In this document: in pieces, positions 1 to 10,020 of the stretch
Numbering within the stretch: position 1 is the stretch's first letter
Layout of the letters: every line of letters begins with the position of its first letter
From: an uncultured Candidatus Entotheonella sp.
Lineage (GTDB): Bacteria; Tectomicrobia; Entotheonellia; Entotheonellales; Entotheonellaceae
Assembly (NCBI GenBank): GCA_965215335.1
Contig: CBDCDA010000001.1
Span: 800,001 to 864,000 of the forward strand
Direction: 5' to 3'
DNA: 64,000 nt
Position numbers and translations under genes: made by a program
Notes under the pieces: generated by a model
What the model was told of the DNA's origin: nothing
Databases searched by the model: none
What the model saw: the letters and a program-made list of their open reading frames with translations, nothing else

Positions 1-966
1 TCGGGCGGCGAACCCCTGGTTCGCAAGGACCTCGTCGACCTGGCGCGCGAAGCCAGACGGCTGGGCTATTATTCCAACCTGATTACCTCCGGCATCGGCA
101 TGGACGAGGCCCGTATCGCCGCCCTGAAGGAAGCCGGTCTGGACCATATCCAGTTGAGTTTCCAGGCCAATACGCCCGATCTCAACGACTACATCGGCGG
201 CGCCAGGACCTTTGAACGCAAGCTCGCCATGGCGCGGCTGATCAAGCATTACGATTACCCGATGGTGATGAATGTCGTGCTGCACCGGCAGAACATCGAT
301 CAGACCGAGCAAATCCTGCAGATGGCCGAGGAACTGGAAGCCGATTACATCGAGATGGCCAACACCCAGTATTACGGCTGGGCGAAGGTCAACCGTTCCC
401 ACCTGCTGCCGACCCGCCAGCAGGTGGAGCGCGCCGAGGCCATTGCCCACGACTACCAGGAACGCTTCAGGGGGCGCATGAAGGTCTACTATGTGGTGCC
501 CGATTACTTCGAGGATCGTCCCAAGCCGTGCATGGCCGGCTGGGGTTCCGTGTTCCTGAGCGTGGCGCCCGACGGCACCGCCCTGCCCTGCCACGCCGCC
601 CATCAACTGCCGGGCCTGGACTTCCCCAGCGTGCGCGACGCGAGCCTGCACTGGATCTGGCACGAATCCCCGGCTTTCAATGCCTTCCGGGGCGAGGACT
701 GGATGAAAGAGCCCTGCCGCGCCTGCCCGGAGCGCACCAAGGACTTTGGCGGCTGCCGCTGCCAGGCCTACATGCTGACGGGCGACGCGACCAATGCGGA
801 CCCCGTCTGCAGCCTGTCGCCGCAGCACGACGTCGTGCTCAAGGCCATCGATGAGGATCAGGTCGTTCCGTCTGCCGATCAGCTTCCGATGTTCCGCAGC
901 AACAAGAACTCGCGGCAGTTCGTCGGCTCTGGCGTCCAGCCTGCCAGACTTCACGACGAGACCTGA
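1..966 (+). CDS. pqqE: PqqA peptide cyclase PqqE (radical SAM/SPASM), 5' truncated by window edge
   Basis: Frame is open from base 1 (SGGEPLVRKDL...YSNLITSGIG). Contains GLDHIQLSFQ, ANTQYYGWA, YYVVPDYFEDRPKPCMAGWG and the SPASM cysteines PCH / C-RAC / DFGGCRCQAY, all typical of PqqE. Confidence 0.93.
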   Translation, partial: SGGEPLVRKDLVDLAREARRLGYYSNLITSGIGMDEARIAALKEAGLDHIQLSFQANTPDLNDYIGGARTFERKLAMARLIKHYDYPMVMNVVLHRQNIDQTEQILQMAEELEADYIEMANTQYYGWAKVNRSHLLPTRQQVERAEAIAHDYQERFRGRMKVYYVVPDYFEDRPKPCMAGWGSVFLSVAPDGTALPCHAAHQLPGLDFPSVRDASLHWIWHESPAFNAFRGEDWMKEPCRACPERTKDFGGCRCQAYMLTGDATNADPVCSLSPQHDVVLKAIDEDQVVPSADQLPMFRSNKNSRQFVGSGVQPARLHDET

Positions 967-971
967 CTCAC

Positions 972-1931
972 ATGCCGGTCGACGCCTTGCCGCAGTCAGA
1001 TGCCTCGTTCGCCATCCAGACCACCGATCTGAGCAAGACCTATGGCGGCCTGCAAGCCGTCGACCGGCTGCAGCTGGCCATTCCGGCGGGCCAGTTCTTC
1101 GGCCTGCTCGGCCCCAACGGGTCCGGCAAGACGACTACCATCCACATGCTGACCACCTTGGCGCGTCCCACGGCAGGACAGGCGAGCGTGGCCGGGCACG
1201 ACGTCCTCAGGGAGAGCGTCGCAGTGCGGCGCGAGGTCGGCCTGGTGTTCCAGGAGTCGGCCCTGGACCGCTCGCTGACGGTGGACGAAAACTTGCGTTT
1301 TGCCGGCATGCTGCGCAATCTCTCCCGTGCCACCATTCGCCAGCGTAGCGACGAACTGCTGGAGCTGTTCAATCTGCGCGAACGGCGTCACGTGAAGGTC
1401 GCAACGCTGTCCGGGGGCATGCGGCGGGCGCTCGATATTGCCCGCGGCGTGCTGCACCGGCCCCGTGTCCTGTTTCTCGACGAGCCCACCTTGGGGCTGG
1501 ACGTTCCCGGCCGGCGCGGTATCTGGCGCTTCATCGAACGGCTGCGACGCGAGGAAGTCATGACCGTCTTTCTCACCACGCACTATCTCGAAGAGGCCGA
1601 AGCATGCGACCAGGTTGCCTTCCTGGCCGCGGGCAGGATCATCGGCTCCGGGACACCCGCATCCCTGGTCCGGCAATTCGGCCCTTACGTGCTGGAAATT
1701 GACGGCACCGACCTGGATGCGACCGCCACGCTGCTCTCACCCCGCCTCGGCCCCTGCCTCAAGGAAGACGGGACCGCGAGTTTTCGCGTTCCTGACGAAC
1801 GGTTTTCGTTCGCCGGGTTGCAGGCGGATCTCAACGACAGCGTGCAGGCCGTGCGCTGGCGGCGGCCCAACCTCAACGACGTGTTCCTGTGGGTCAATGA
1901 TCCGACCCTGAACGTGGGATTCGAGATATGA
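972..1931 (+). CDS. ABC transporter ATP-binding protein (ABC-2/DrrA-like; PQQ-alcohol catabolism associated)
   Basis: Walker A GPNGSGKTT, signature LSGGM, Walker B LFLDEP, TTHY switch. Starts 5 nt after the pqqE stop. Confidence 0.9.
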   Translation: MPVDALPQSDASFAIQTTDLSKTYGGLQAVDRLQLAIPAGQFFGLLGPNGSGKTTTIHMLTTLARPTAGQASVAGHDVLRESVAVRREVGLVFQESALDRSLTVDENLRFAGMLRNLSRATIRQRSDELLELFNLRERRHVKVATLSGGMRRALDIARGVLHRPRVLFLDEPTLGLDVPGRRGIWRFIERLRREEVMTVFLTTHYLEEAEACDQVAFLAAGRIIGSGTPASLVRQFGPYVLEIDGTDLDATATLLSPRLGPCLKEDGTASFRVPDERFSFAGLQADLNDSVQAVRWRRPNLNDVFLWVNDPTLNVGFEI

Positions 1932-2722
1932 CGTGGCGACCGGTGTGGGCCTTGATCGAACGCGAACTGATGCGCATGGTTCGCCAGCGCGGCCGCCTGG
2001 TGAGCGCCTTGGTGCGGCCCCTCATCTGGCTGCTGGTCATCGGCGCGGGCTTCGGCACCCTGCTGGGAGAGGAAGCGTCGGGCGGCTACCAGCGCTTCCT
2101 GTCGCCCGGACTGCTCGGCATGGTCATGCTGTTCGCCGCCATGCTGGTTTCGCTGTCGGTGGTGTACGACAAGGAATTCGGCATCATGCGGCTGCTGATC
2201 ATTTCTCCCCTGCCCCATTACTGGGTGGTCATCGCCAAGACGATCAGCGGCATGGTGGTGGCCGTCGCGCAGGCCGGCGCCTTCGCCGTCCTGCTGGCCC
2301 TGATGGGATACATCGGGGGCGGCGTGTCGCTGCCGCTGCTGGTGCTCGGTCTGCTCACCACGGCACTGGCCTGCGCCAGCCTGGGTATGCTGATCGCGGT
2401 GTGGAGCTCCACCCTGGACAACTTCGCCGTCGTCATGAACTTCGTCATCTTCCCCGTGTTTTTCCTGAGCGGCGCCCTGTATCCGGTGCAGCAGTTGCCG
2501 GACATCCTGAAAATCGTCGCCGCCATCAACCCCTTCACCTACGGGGTCGACCTGCTCAAGCACGCCCTCGCCAGCAGTCTTGCCCCACCCCTCGGCCCCG
2601 ACTTTTCGGCAGCCATGGACCTCACGGTTCTGCTGGGTTTCGCCGGCGTCGCCATCTTCATGGCCTGCCTGCGCTTTTCGCACGAATCCGCCGCTGGTCT
2701 GCTGGGCTTTCTGCGCGGTTGA
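1928..2722 (+). CDS. ABC-2 type transporter permease
   Basis: About 6 hydrophobic segments, YDKEFG and FFLSGALYP / NPFTYGVD motifs; ATGA overlap with the ATPase gene. Confidence 0.88.
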   Translation: MTWRPVWALIERELMRMVRQRGRLVSALVRPLIWLLVIGAGFGTLLGEEASGGYQRFLSPGLLGMVMLFAAMLVSLSVVYDKEFGIMRLLIISPLPHYWVVIAKTISGMVVAVAQAGAFAVLLALMGYIGGGVSLPLLVLGLLTTALACASLGMLIAVWSSTLDNFAVVMNFVIFPVFFLSGALYPVQQLPDILKIVAAINPFTYGVDLLKHALASSLAPPLGPDFSAAMDLTVLLGFAGVAIFMACLRFSHESAAGLLGFLRG

Positions 2723-3047
2723 GCGGGAATTTGTGCAACAATTGCCGCCAACGCAGAGCACTAAGGACACTGATCTAAATTATCTTGCTATCTTCAGAGG
2801 CTTCTCGTCGCACAATTCAACAATGAAAAGGCGAAGATGGGATTCCTGGTGCTTGCCCGTAACACGTTTCGCGGCAAATGGAACTGCAAACGGTGAACCC
2901 GTGAAGTCGATAATTTAATTTCGATCAAACTCCTAAGATCAGGACAATAAGGGTTTTGCCGTCATTTGAAAAAAAAGTCGGAGGCTGTCCACGGCCTCGC
3001 CTACGGGGGCGTGCAAGGCGCCGTAGAGGTGCCAAGGAGGTCGGAAC

Positions 3048-4208
3048 TTGACGCATTCTTCGGCATCATCGGCTCGTCTCATGCTGGTCGGCCCGCTCCC
3101 ACCGCCGGAACACGGCCAATCTGTGGCGTTCGAGATGTTGTGCGGCGCGCTTCGCGACCGCGGCCATGACTGCCGAGTCGTGAATATTCAGGGAAAGGAG
3201 CCATCGTCGCTTGGACGATTTACCCTCAGGCGTTCGATGGAAACGCTGCGCCCTCTTGCCCGGTTCGCGGACGGGTTGATGGCGCGTTACCGTCAGGTGT
3301 ACATCACGATCTCTCGATCCAGAGCGGGCTTCATGCGAGACATGCTCATGATCTGGAGCGCCTGGGTGTGTGGTTGCCGCATCGCCGTCCATGTGCATGG
3401 AGGAAATTATGATGCCTTCTACCGCGTACAGCCGCGGTTCTGGCGCTTCCTGATCTGCCACACGCTGCGGCGTGTCCACCGGATCATCGTCCTGAGCGAG
3501 CGGTTGCGGAGCATGTTCGACTTCGATCCGACACTCAAGGAGCGTATCACGGTCGTATCGAACGGTCTGCCCTTCACCCTGAACGCCGCGTCGCGAGGCC
3601 GTCGCCTGCGTCTGCGTCGGGACCAGCCCGTTCGACTCCTGCTCCTGTCCAACCTGATCCGGTCCAAGGGCTACTTCGACGTGTTGGAGGCCATTGCGAT
3701 TCTGCGGAAGACGACGATTCCATTGGAGGCTACCTTCGCGGGTCGCTTCCTGTCGTCGGCCGATGATCCCGTGCCGATGTCGCCGGACGAGGCGGAGACA
3801 AGATTCCACGAGTACGTCGCGGCCAACGACCTTGGGAATGTCGTTCGCTATTTAGGGCCGGTCATCGGCGAAGCGAAACAACATTTGCTTGAAACAAGCG
3901 ACATCTTCCTTCTGCCAACCCACTATTTCACCGAGGGGCAACCCATTTCGGTCATTGAAGCCATGGCCTACGGTTGCGTCGTGATTTCCACGGACTATCG
4001 GGCCATACCGGACATGGTGATCAATGGTGTTACCGGCGTGCTGATTGAGCACGGCCGGCCGGACCGGATTGCCGACGTCATACGGCAAATTGTCGCTGAA
4101 CCCGACCGCTACGAGGCGATGAGCCAAGCGGCGGTGGAGCGTTACGAAAAGCACTTTACGATGCAGCGACACCTGGACGCGATCATTCCTGTGCTGGCGA
4201 GTGCATGA
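3048..4208 (+). CDS. Glycosyltransferase family 4
   Basis: GPLPPP N-terminus, HVHGG, KG..D..EA and EGQPISVIEAMAYG (EX7E). AGGAGG RBS before the TTG start. Confidence 0.88.
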   Translation: MTHSSASSARLMLVGPLPPPEHGQSVAFEMLCGALRDRGHDCRVVNIQGKEPSSLGRFTLRRSMETLRPLARFADGLMARYRQVYITISRSRAGFMRDMLMIWSAWVCGCRIAVHVHGGNYDAFYRVQPRFWRFLICHTLRRVHRIIVLSERLRSMFDFDPTLKERITVVSNGLPFTLNAASRGRRLRLRRDQPVRLLLLSNLIRSKGYFDVLEAIAILRKTTIPLEATFAGRFLSSADDPVPMSPDEAETRFHEYVAANDLGNVVRYLGPVIGEAKQHLLETSDIFLLPTHYFTEGQPISVIEAMAYGCVVISTDYRAIPDMVINGVTGVLIEHGRPDRIADVIRQIVAEPDRYEAMSQAAVERYEKHFTMQRHLDAIIPVLASA

Positions 4209-4273
4209 GGCGCAATAAGCAGAGCGGATTCATCGAATGGTCCACAGACTGCCCCAAATCACTGCCATGACGC

Positions 4274-5638
4274 ATGCGAAAAGTACGGATCTGCCGGTGG
4301 ATTGACGGTATGTTGTCTCGTGCCGCCCCTTTGCGTTCGAACCCCACGTCCGAGGCGCGCGTGGTGCGGCAGACGCTATGGATGGGCGCCATAACGGCGG
4401 TAAAGTTTCTGGCCAGCATCATTCAGATGGCACTCTCGGCCCGGATTCTGGGGCCAGAAGGCCTCGGCATTCTGGCCGTCATCATCGCCGTGCCCGCGCT
4501 CCTATTCGGTTTCATGGCTTTGCCCGGCCATGAAACAATTACCACATTCGTAACCAGGAGCTTGTCCGCTGGTCGGCGTGAAGAGGCCGCAGGGACATTG
4601 TGCCTGGCGTTCGCGGCATCCCTTGGTCTGGCAATGGTCTCCTATGCCTTGCTACCGGTGTTTAGCTTCGCCGCGAGTGAATTAATCGGAATCGAGCAAA
4701 TCCATCGGTCCACGCTGTTGTGGTACGGCGTTACCGGCCTCTTCATGTCCACCGTCCTTGCAAGCACCGCCGTGCTGCGTTTGACAGACCAATTGCGCTT
4801 GGGATTCGCGATCACGGTGGGGAGTCTGTTGACCAGAATCGTCGTGATTACCGTAGCATGGCTGACCGATGGTGGGTTGTTCATGGTAGCAATGTCATAT
4901 GTTGCTGGAGCCGCCGTCGAGGGTGTTGGGCTGTTCATTGCCGCCGCCATATCCATACGGCGAGGCGGCTTGCCCGTTTTGTCGATGTCATTACTGCTTC
5001 GAGTCCCGCGCGATGTTGTCAGGTTTCAAATCATGACATTCTTCCAGACCAAGGCGGGGGCGTTGAGTGGGACAATCGACGTGATTTTGATGAGCGCCTT
5101 TACCAGCGCGGACCAAGTGGGTATGTACCGCGCAGCCCGCCAGATGATCGAAGCCACTAGACTGTCCATCCAGCCAATAGCACATGGGTTACAGGTTGAG
5201 TACAGCAGGCGGTATTACACCTCCGGCGGCAGTCTGCGGGAGTTGTCGCGCCGCTTCACCACGCTGTCTGTCGCGCTTGCCATCATGATCTACGGTTTGC
5301 TAGCCCTCTTTCACGCCCCCATCATTCGGGCAATTTTCGGTTCCGAATTCACCGGGATCGCTCAACCTTTGCTGATTCTCATACTTGGCTCGTTCGCGTT
5401 CATGTCCATTGGGGCACTGTACGGACTGCCAGCAGCCACGGGCCGGGCGGAGCCGTTGTTAATTGCGACCTGGATCAGCTTGACGGCCATGGTAATGGCG
5501 ATAGTGTTGCTGGTACCGACACATGGGGCAAAGGGTGCGGCCTGGGCCAACACAGCCTACTTCCTGGTGAATGTGGGCACCACTATACCTTTTGTGCTGG
5601 CGGCGTTGTTCCGCAGTCGCAACCGGGATGGAAGCTGA
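4274..5638 (+). CDS. wzx: Polysaccharide flippase (Wzx/MATE-like)
   Basis: About 12 TM segments, ARILGPEGLG, VGMYRAA and HGAKGAAWA motifs; lies within a GT cluster. Exact start uncertain. Confidence 0.78.
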   Translation: MRKVRICRWIDGMLSRAAPLRSNPTSEARVVRQTLWMGAITAVKFLASIIQMALSARILGPEGLGILAVIIAVPALLFGFMALPGHETITTFVTRSLSAGRREEAAGTLCLAFAASLGLAMVSYALLPVFSFAASELIGIEQIHRSTLLWYGVTGLFMSTVLASTAVLRLTDQLRLGFAITVGSLLTRIVVITVAWLTDGGLFMVAMSYVAGAAVEGVGLFIAAAISIRRGGLPVLSMSLLLRVPRDVVRFQIMTFFQTKAGALSGTIDVILMSAFTSADQVGMYRAARQMIEATRLSIQPIAHGLQVEYSRRYYTSGGSLRELSRRFTTLSVALAIMIYGLLALFHAPIIRAIFGSEFTGIAQPLLILILGSFAFMSIGALYGLPAATGRAEPLLIATWISLTAMVMAIVLLVPTHGAKGAAWANTAYFLVNVGTTIPFVLAALFRSRNRDGS

Positions 5639-5679
5639 AGTCAGGCTGGTGGTAGTGGAATCAACCCGCGGAGGATGTA

Positions 5680-6828
5680 TTGAACTCGTCAGACCACATC
5701 GTCATCATCACCCCAATCTACCCATCGTCGTATAGGGTAGAGTCAGGGGCATTCACACAGGTATTAGCGCGAAACCTAGTCCGTTTGGGTGTGAACACGA
5801 CAATAATAGTACCAAGCAAATTCTGGCAACCAGACGCCGGCAGTTCCAGCGAGCAGATATACTCGGACGGTGTTGTCGAACCGGCAGTCCGCCGTCCGGC
5901 GTATCTCCCATTCTCAAACAAGAGGATTCCGGTCGTGGGATCAACGTTTCGCTGGACACTCAGAACGTTCGATCGGGCGTTCCGCCAAACTGTCCGCGGT
6001 CTGCAACCTCGTCCAACCCACCTGTACGGTCAGTTTATGTTTCCGGCAGGGTACACCGCCGCGCGACTGGCCAAGGAGATAGGAGCGAAGTCCGCAGTGA
6101 GTATAGGTGAGTCCTCTCTGGACTACTACGAAATGCATCTTGAGTCGGAGGAAATCAAACACGCGTACGGTGCTGCGGATTCGATAGTCACGGTCGCCGA
6201 TCATCTCCGACAACGGTGCATCGACCGTTACGGTGTGCCGGAGAGCAAGATCGCCACGTTCAGGAACGCAGCGGCGCCCGATTTCATCCCTCTTGACCGG
6301 AATCAGGCAAGAGCACAGCTAGGTTTGCCGAGAAATCGCCCGATCATAGGATTTGTCGGGACGTTCAATTCCAACAAACGTCCGTTGCACGTGCTCGAAG
6401 CGATACGGAACCGGCCCGACATCGGGGCGTTTTTTCTGGGGCATCCGACCTCGCAATCACCGGGCGGGGAGCAAACGTTGTTTGCCGGTTCCGTACCTCA
6501 CGAACAGGTACCCGTCTGGCTGAACTCGGCAGACCTGTTCGTCCATGCCAGCTTGGCCGAGGGGACATCCAGCGCAATCGCCGAAGCCAAGGCGTGCGGG
6601 CTTCCCGTGGTTGCCACAGACATACCGGGGAACCGGGAACTACTGAACCCCGAATACTCCATCCTGGTGGACCCACTGGACCGGAGCATGATGGCCCGGG
6701 CTATATTCAAGCTCGTTGATGATGCCGAACTGCGCAACAGGATGTCCAAAGCAGCGTTGAAGTCCGCGCAGGCGTACACTAGTCTGGATCGAGCGCGAAA
6801 CATCCTGATGTGGCTGAGATCACGATGA
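5680..6828 (+). CDS. Glycosyltransferase family 4
   Basis: GFVG..NSNK, ADLFVHASLAEGTSSAIAEAKACGLPVVAT. Confidence 0.86.
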   Translation: MNSSDHIVIITPIYPSSYRVESGAFTQVLARNLVRLGVNTTIIVPSKFWQPDAGSSSEQIYSDGVVEPAVRRPAYLPFSNKRIPVVGSTFRWTLRTFDRAFRQTVRGLQPRPTHLYGQFMFPAGYTAARLAKEIGAKSAVSIGESSLDYYEMHLESEEIKHAYGAADSIVTVADHLRQRCIDRYGVPESKIATFRNAAAPDFIPLDRNQARAQLGLPRNRPIIGFVGTFNSNKRPLHVLEAIRNRPDIGAFFLGHPTSQSPGGEQTLFAGSVPHEQVPVWLNSADLFVHASLAEGTSSAIAEAKACGLPVVATDIPGNRELLNPEYSILVDPLDRSMMARAIFKLVDDAELRNRMSKAALKSAQAYTSLDRARNILMWLRSR

Positions 6829-6852
6829 GTGCTACGAGGTGACACGGCTGGC

Positions 6853-8730
6853 ATGTGTGGAATTAGCGGCATATACCGGAGTGACGACTCTGCGATCGAC
6901 CGTGCTGTACTGCGACGTATGGCAGAATCTCTCCGCCACCGGGGGCCGGACGACAGCGGCGTATACGCCGGCGGACCGATAGGATTCGCGCATACCCGGC
7001 TGAGCATTATCGATCTCTCCTCACAGGGGCATCAGCCCATGCAATCTGATGATGGCGGCTTCGTGCTTGCGTACAACGGAGAGATATATAACTTCAGAGA
7101 AATACGAACCGCCCTGGAGGCCAAAGGGCATCATTTTCGCGGGCGCTCGGACACCGAGGTGGTACTGCGCGCGTACATAGAGTGGGGCGAAGCCTCTTTT
7201 TCCAAATTCGACGGGATGTTCGCCATGTCCGTATGGGACAACCGGAAACGGCGGCTTCACTTGGTGCGAGACCGATTCGGAATCAAGCCTCTATACTATC
7301 ACCACTCGCCTTCGGGAAACCTGATATTCGGCTCGGAAATCAAGGCGATTCTGGCTTCCGGCGAAGTGGAAGCACGAATCAACTGGGAGAGTTTGCACGA
7401 GTACATGTATTATTGTACGGCGTTAGGTGCCAATACAATGTTCGGTGGCATCACCAAGTTGCTTCCCGGTCACGTACTGACGATCGATTCGAGCGGGATG
7501 AAGTGCGTGCCGTACGCCTCGATTCTGGATGTGGACGACATTCGAGACGACCTGTCGACGGCCACCCGTACCGTCCGTTCGAGGCTGGAAGAAGCCGTCA
7601 AGAGCCATCTGGTGAGCGATGTGCCGGTAGGGGTATTTTTGAGCGGCGGTATCGACTCGTCCGCGATTACGTCCTTTGCCAGCAGGCATTACGGGGGCAG
7701 GCTGAAGACGTTTTCCGCCGGTTTCGACTTCGAGCGCGGCGTCAACGAACTGCCGCAGGCACGACTGGTGGCTGAGCATTTCGGGACTGAACACCATGAG
7801 CTACATATCTCGGGCAGCGATCTCGCCCAGGTAATCGAACGCCTGATACGGTGCCACGACGAGCCTTTCGGCGATGCCGCCAACATCCCACTGTATCTTC
7901 TATGCGAGCAGTTGGCCAGTGACGTTAAAGTCATCCTGCAGGGCGATGGAGGAGACGAGATTTTCGCCGGATACGACCGTTACGTTCGACTTTCGCGGCT
8001 ATTCTGGTGGCGACTGATGGGCCGCACCGCCGGTTGGCTTCACCCACTCGCACAGCGACTGACCAGCGGGAGAAAACCATTGCTGGGACTGACGGCGTTC
8101 AGCACATCCGACCCGGAAATGCTTATGGCCAGCATAATGTCTACAGAGCCTTTGTATCGACCACCGGACCGGGTGTTTGCTATCGAGTTCCATTCATTCC
8201 TGAAGGACACAGATCCCTTTTGTCGGTACAAGGAGTTGTATCGACGCTTGGAGCGACTCGACGCCGTACAGAGGATGCTCTACACCGACTCCAGCATCAT
8301 TCTGCCTGATCTGTATTTCGAGAAAGTGGATAAGCCAGCGATGTTTCACAGCGTCGAGGTTCGCGTGCCGCTGGTGGACACCCGCTTGACCGCCTATGTC
8401 ATGGGGCTGCCGTCTGCATACAAAGTCAGAGGGAAGGAGAAGAAGTACGTGCTGCGGCAGGCGTTGCGGGGCATCATACCGGATTCCATATTGGACCGGC
8501 CCAAGACAGGGTTCGGCGTCCCGATGAGCCACTGGCTGAGGACATCGCTGGCCGATTACCTGAAATCGGTATTATTCGATCCTGCAACACAGCGCACCGG
8601 ACTGTTTGACGGTGACGCTGTTGCGCTTTGTATCCGGGAACATCTGGACCGGCGCAGGGACAACGGGCTGTTGCTGTACAAGCTGCTGAATCTGGCCTTG
8701 TGGTTCAAGGAGTACCGGCTGAGTACTTGA
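6853..8730 (+). CDS. asnB: Asparagine synthase (glutamine-hydrolysing)-like amidotransferase
   Basis: N-terminal MCGISG (Ntn Cys), HRGPD, RLSIID, NGEIYN, SDTEV, RDRFGIKPLY, LSGGIDSS, GDGGDEIFAGY. True start is the ATG at 6853. Confidence 0.92.
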   Translation: MCGISGIYRSDDSAIDRAVLRRMAESLRHRGPDDSGVYAGGPIGFAHTRLSIIDLSSQGHQPMQSDDGGFVLAYNGEIYNFREIRTALEAKGHHFRGRSDTEVVLRAYIEWGEASFSKFDGMFAMSVWDNRKRRLHLVRDRFGIKPLYYHHSPSGNLIFGSEIKAILASGEVEARINWESLHEYMYYCTALGANTMFGGITKLLPGHVLTIDSSGMKCVPYASILDVDDIRDDLSTATRTVRSRLEEAVKSHLVSDVPVGVFLSGGIDSSAITSFASRHYGGRLKTFSAGFDFERGVNELPQARLVAEHFGTEHHELHISGSDLAQVIERLIRCHDEPFGDAANIPLYLLCEQLASDVKVILQGDGGDEIFAGYDRYVRLSRLFWWRLMGRTAGWLHPLAQRLTSGRKPLLGLTAFSTSDPEMLMASIMSTEPLYRPPDRVFAIEFHSFLKDTDPFCRYKELYRRLERLDAVQRMLYTDSSIILPDLYFEKVDKPAMFHSVEVRVPLVDTRLTAYVMGLPSAYKVRGKEKKYVLRQALRGIIPDSILDRPKTGFGVPMSHWLRTSLADYLKSVLFDPATQRTGLFDGDAVALCIREHLDRRRDNGLLLYKLLNLALWFKEYRLST

Positions 8731-8913
8731 AGCATTCGGACTGTCTGCCGGCGCGATAAGCGTTAGGTGCTTGATGTTTGGGGGCTGAAGATCCAGATGA
8801 AGAACAGCCTGTGGTCAATTGTCGGAGTGGCGCTGGTGGGCTTCATGCCTGTTGGTGAGGCTGGAGACACTGGATTATGAGGTGCGTACTTTATTGGTAG
8901 CAGAGGGGTTACT

Positions 8914-9933
8914 GTGGCTGAATTCACCGTCAAGGTAGGCCAAATTGGATGCGGCTACTGGGGTAAGAATCTCCTGCGTGTCCTGATGGAATCGGAATAC
9001 ACTGATGTCTGCCGGGTAGTAGACATGTCTTCCGAAGTATGCAGTTATGTCAGGTCCCGTTATCCTAGGCTGCCTGTCTCGCAGGACAAAATGGACGTGT
9101 TCAGCGACGACTCCATCGACGCGGTGGTGGTTGCCACCCCGGCCAGTGACCACTATCGGGCGGCGTTAACTGCGCTGAACGCGGGCAAACACACTTTCGT
9201 GGAAAAGCCGCTCGCGACTGATGCCGAGCAGGCGCAGGAGTTAGTCAACTTGGCGGCATCCAAGGGTCTGGTTCTCATGGTAAACCACACGTTTCTCTTC
9301 AACTCTGTCGTCAATCGGATTAAGCACCTCATCGATACTGAATGCTTGGGTGAGGTCCAATATCTGTACAGTCGGCGATTGAACTTGGGCATCATCCGTT
9401 CTGACGTGAACGTCCTCTGGAACCTGGCACCCCACGACGTGTCGATTATCCAATACTGGCTGGAGGCGGAGCCGGAGACCATCGTCGCTAGCGGCGGGAT
9501 ATACCTTCAGCAGCAACTGGAAGACGTGGTGTTTTCGACACTGAAGTTCCCCGGAGGCAAGCTGGCCAACATCCATCTGAGCTGGCTGGATCCGCAGAAG
9601 GTGCGTACCATTACCGTGGTAGGCAGTAAGAAGATGGTCGTTTTCAATGACGTTTCCACGGCCGCCAAGCTAGTGATTCACGATATGGGTGCAGACATCT
9701 CGCGGAACACCTCGGATGCGTCGGGATTCGAGAATTTCAGCCAGTTCCAGGTGATACATCGGCATGGGGACATCGTGATTCCAAAAGTTCCATATCCTGA
9801 ACCACTTACCCGGGCAACAGATTGTTTTCTAAGATGTATCCAAGACGGCTTGGAGCCGATCAGCGGTGGTCAGCACGCCGTCTCTGTGGTTCGCACCATT
9901 CAGCGAATACAAGCCAAGCTGCAGGGATGCTAA
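8914..9933 (+). CDS. Gfo/Idh/MocA family oxidoreductase (nucleotide-sugar dehydrogenase-like)
   Basis: GCGYWG Rossmann motif, GKHTFVEKP, WNLAPHD. Confidence 0.88.
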   Translation: MAEFTVKVGQIGCGYWGKNLLRVLMESEYTDVCRVVDMSSEVCSYVRSRYPRLPVSQDKMDVFSDDSIDAVVVATPASDHYRAALTALNAGKHTFVEKPLATDAEQAQELVNLAASKGLVLMVNHTFLFNSVVNRIKHLIDTECLGEVQYLYSRRLNLGIIRSDVNVLWNLAPHDVSIIQYWLEAEPETIVASGGIYLQQQLEDVVFSTLKFPGGKLANIHLSWLDPQKVRTITVVGSKKMVVFNDVSTAAKLVIHDMGADISRNTSDASGFENFSQFQVIHRHGDIVIPKVPYPEPLTRATDCFLRCIQDGLEPISGGQHAVSVVRTIQRIQAKLQGC

Positions 9934-10020
9934 TGATCAATTCCACGAATCCCTTGTCGTGTCACTTTCATCCAACCCTATCAACCTCTGCACGAAGGAA
10001 AAGAGGTTGGTAGAACGAGG

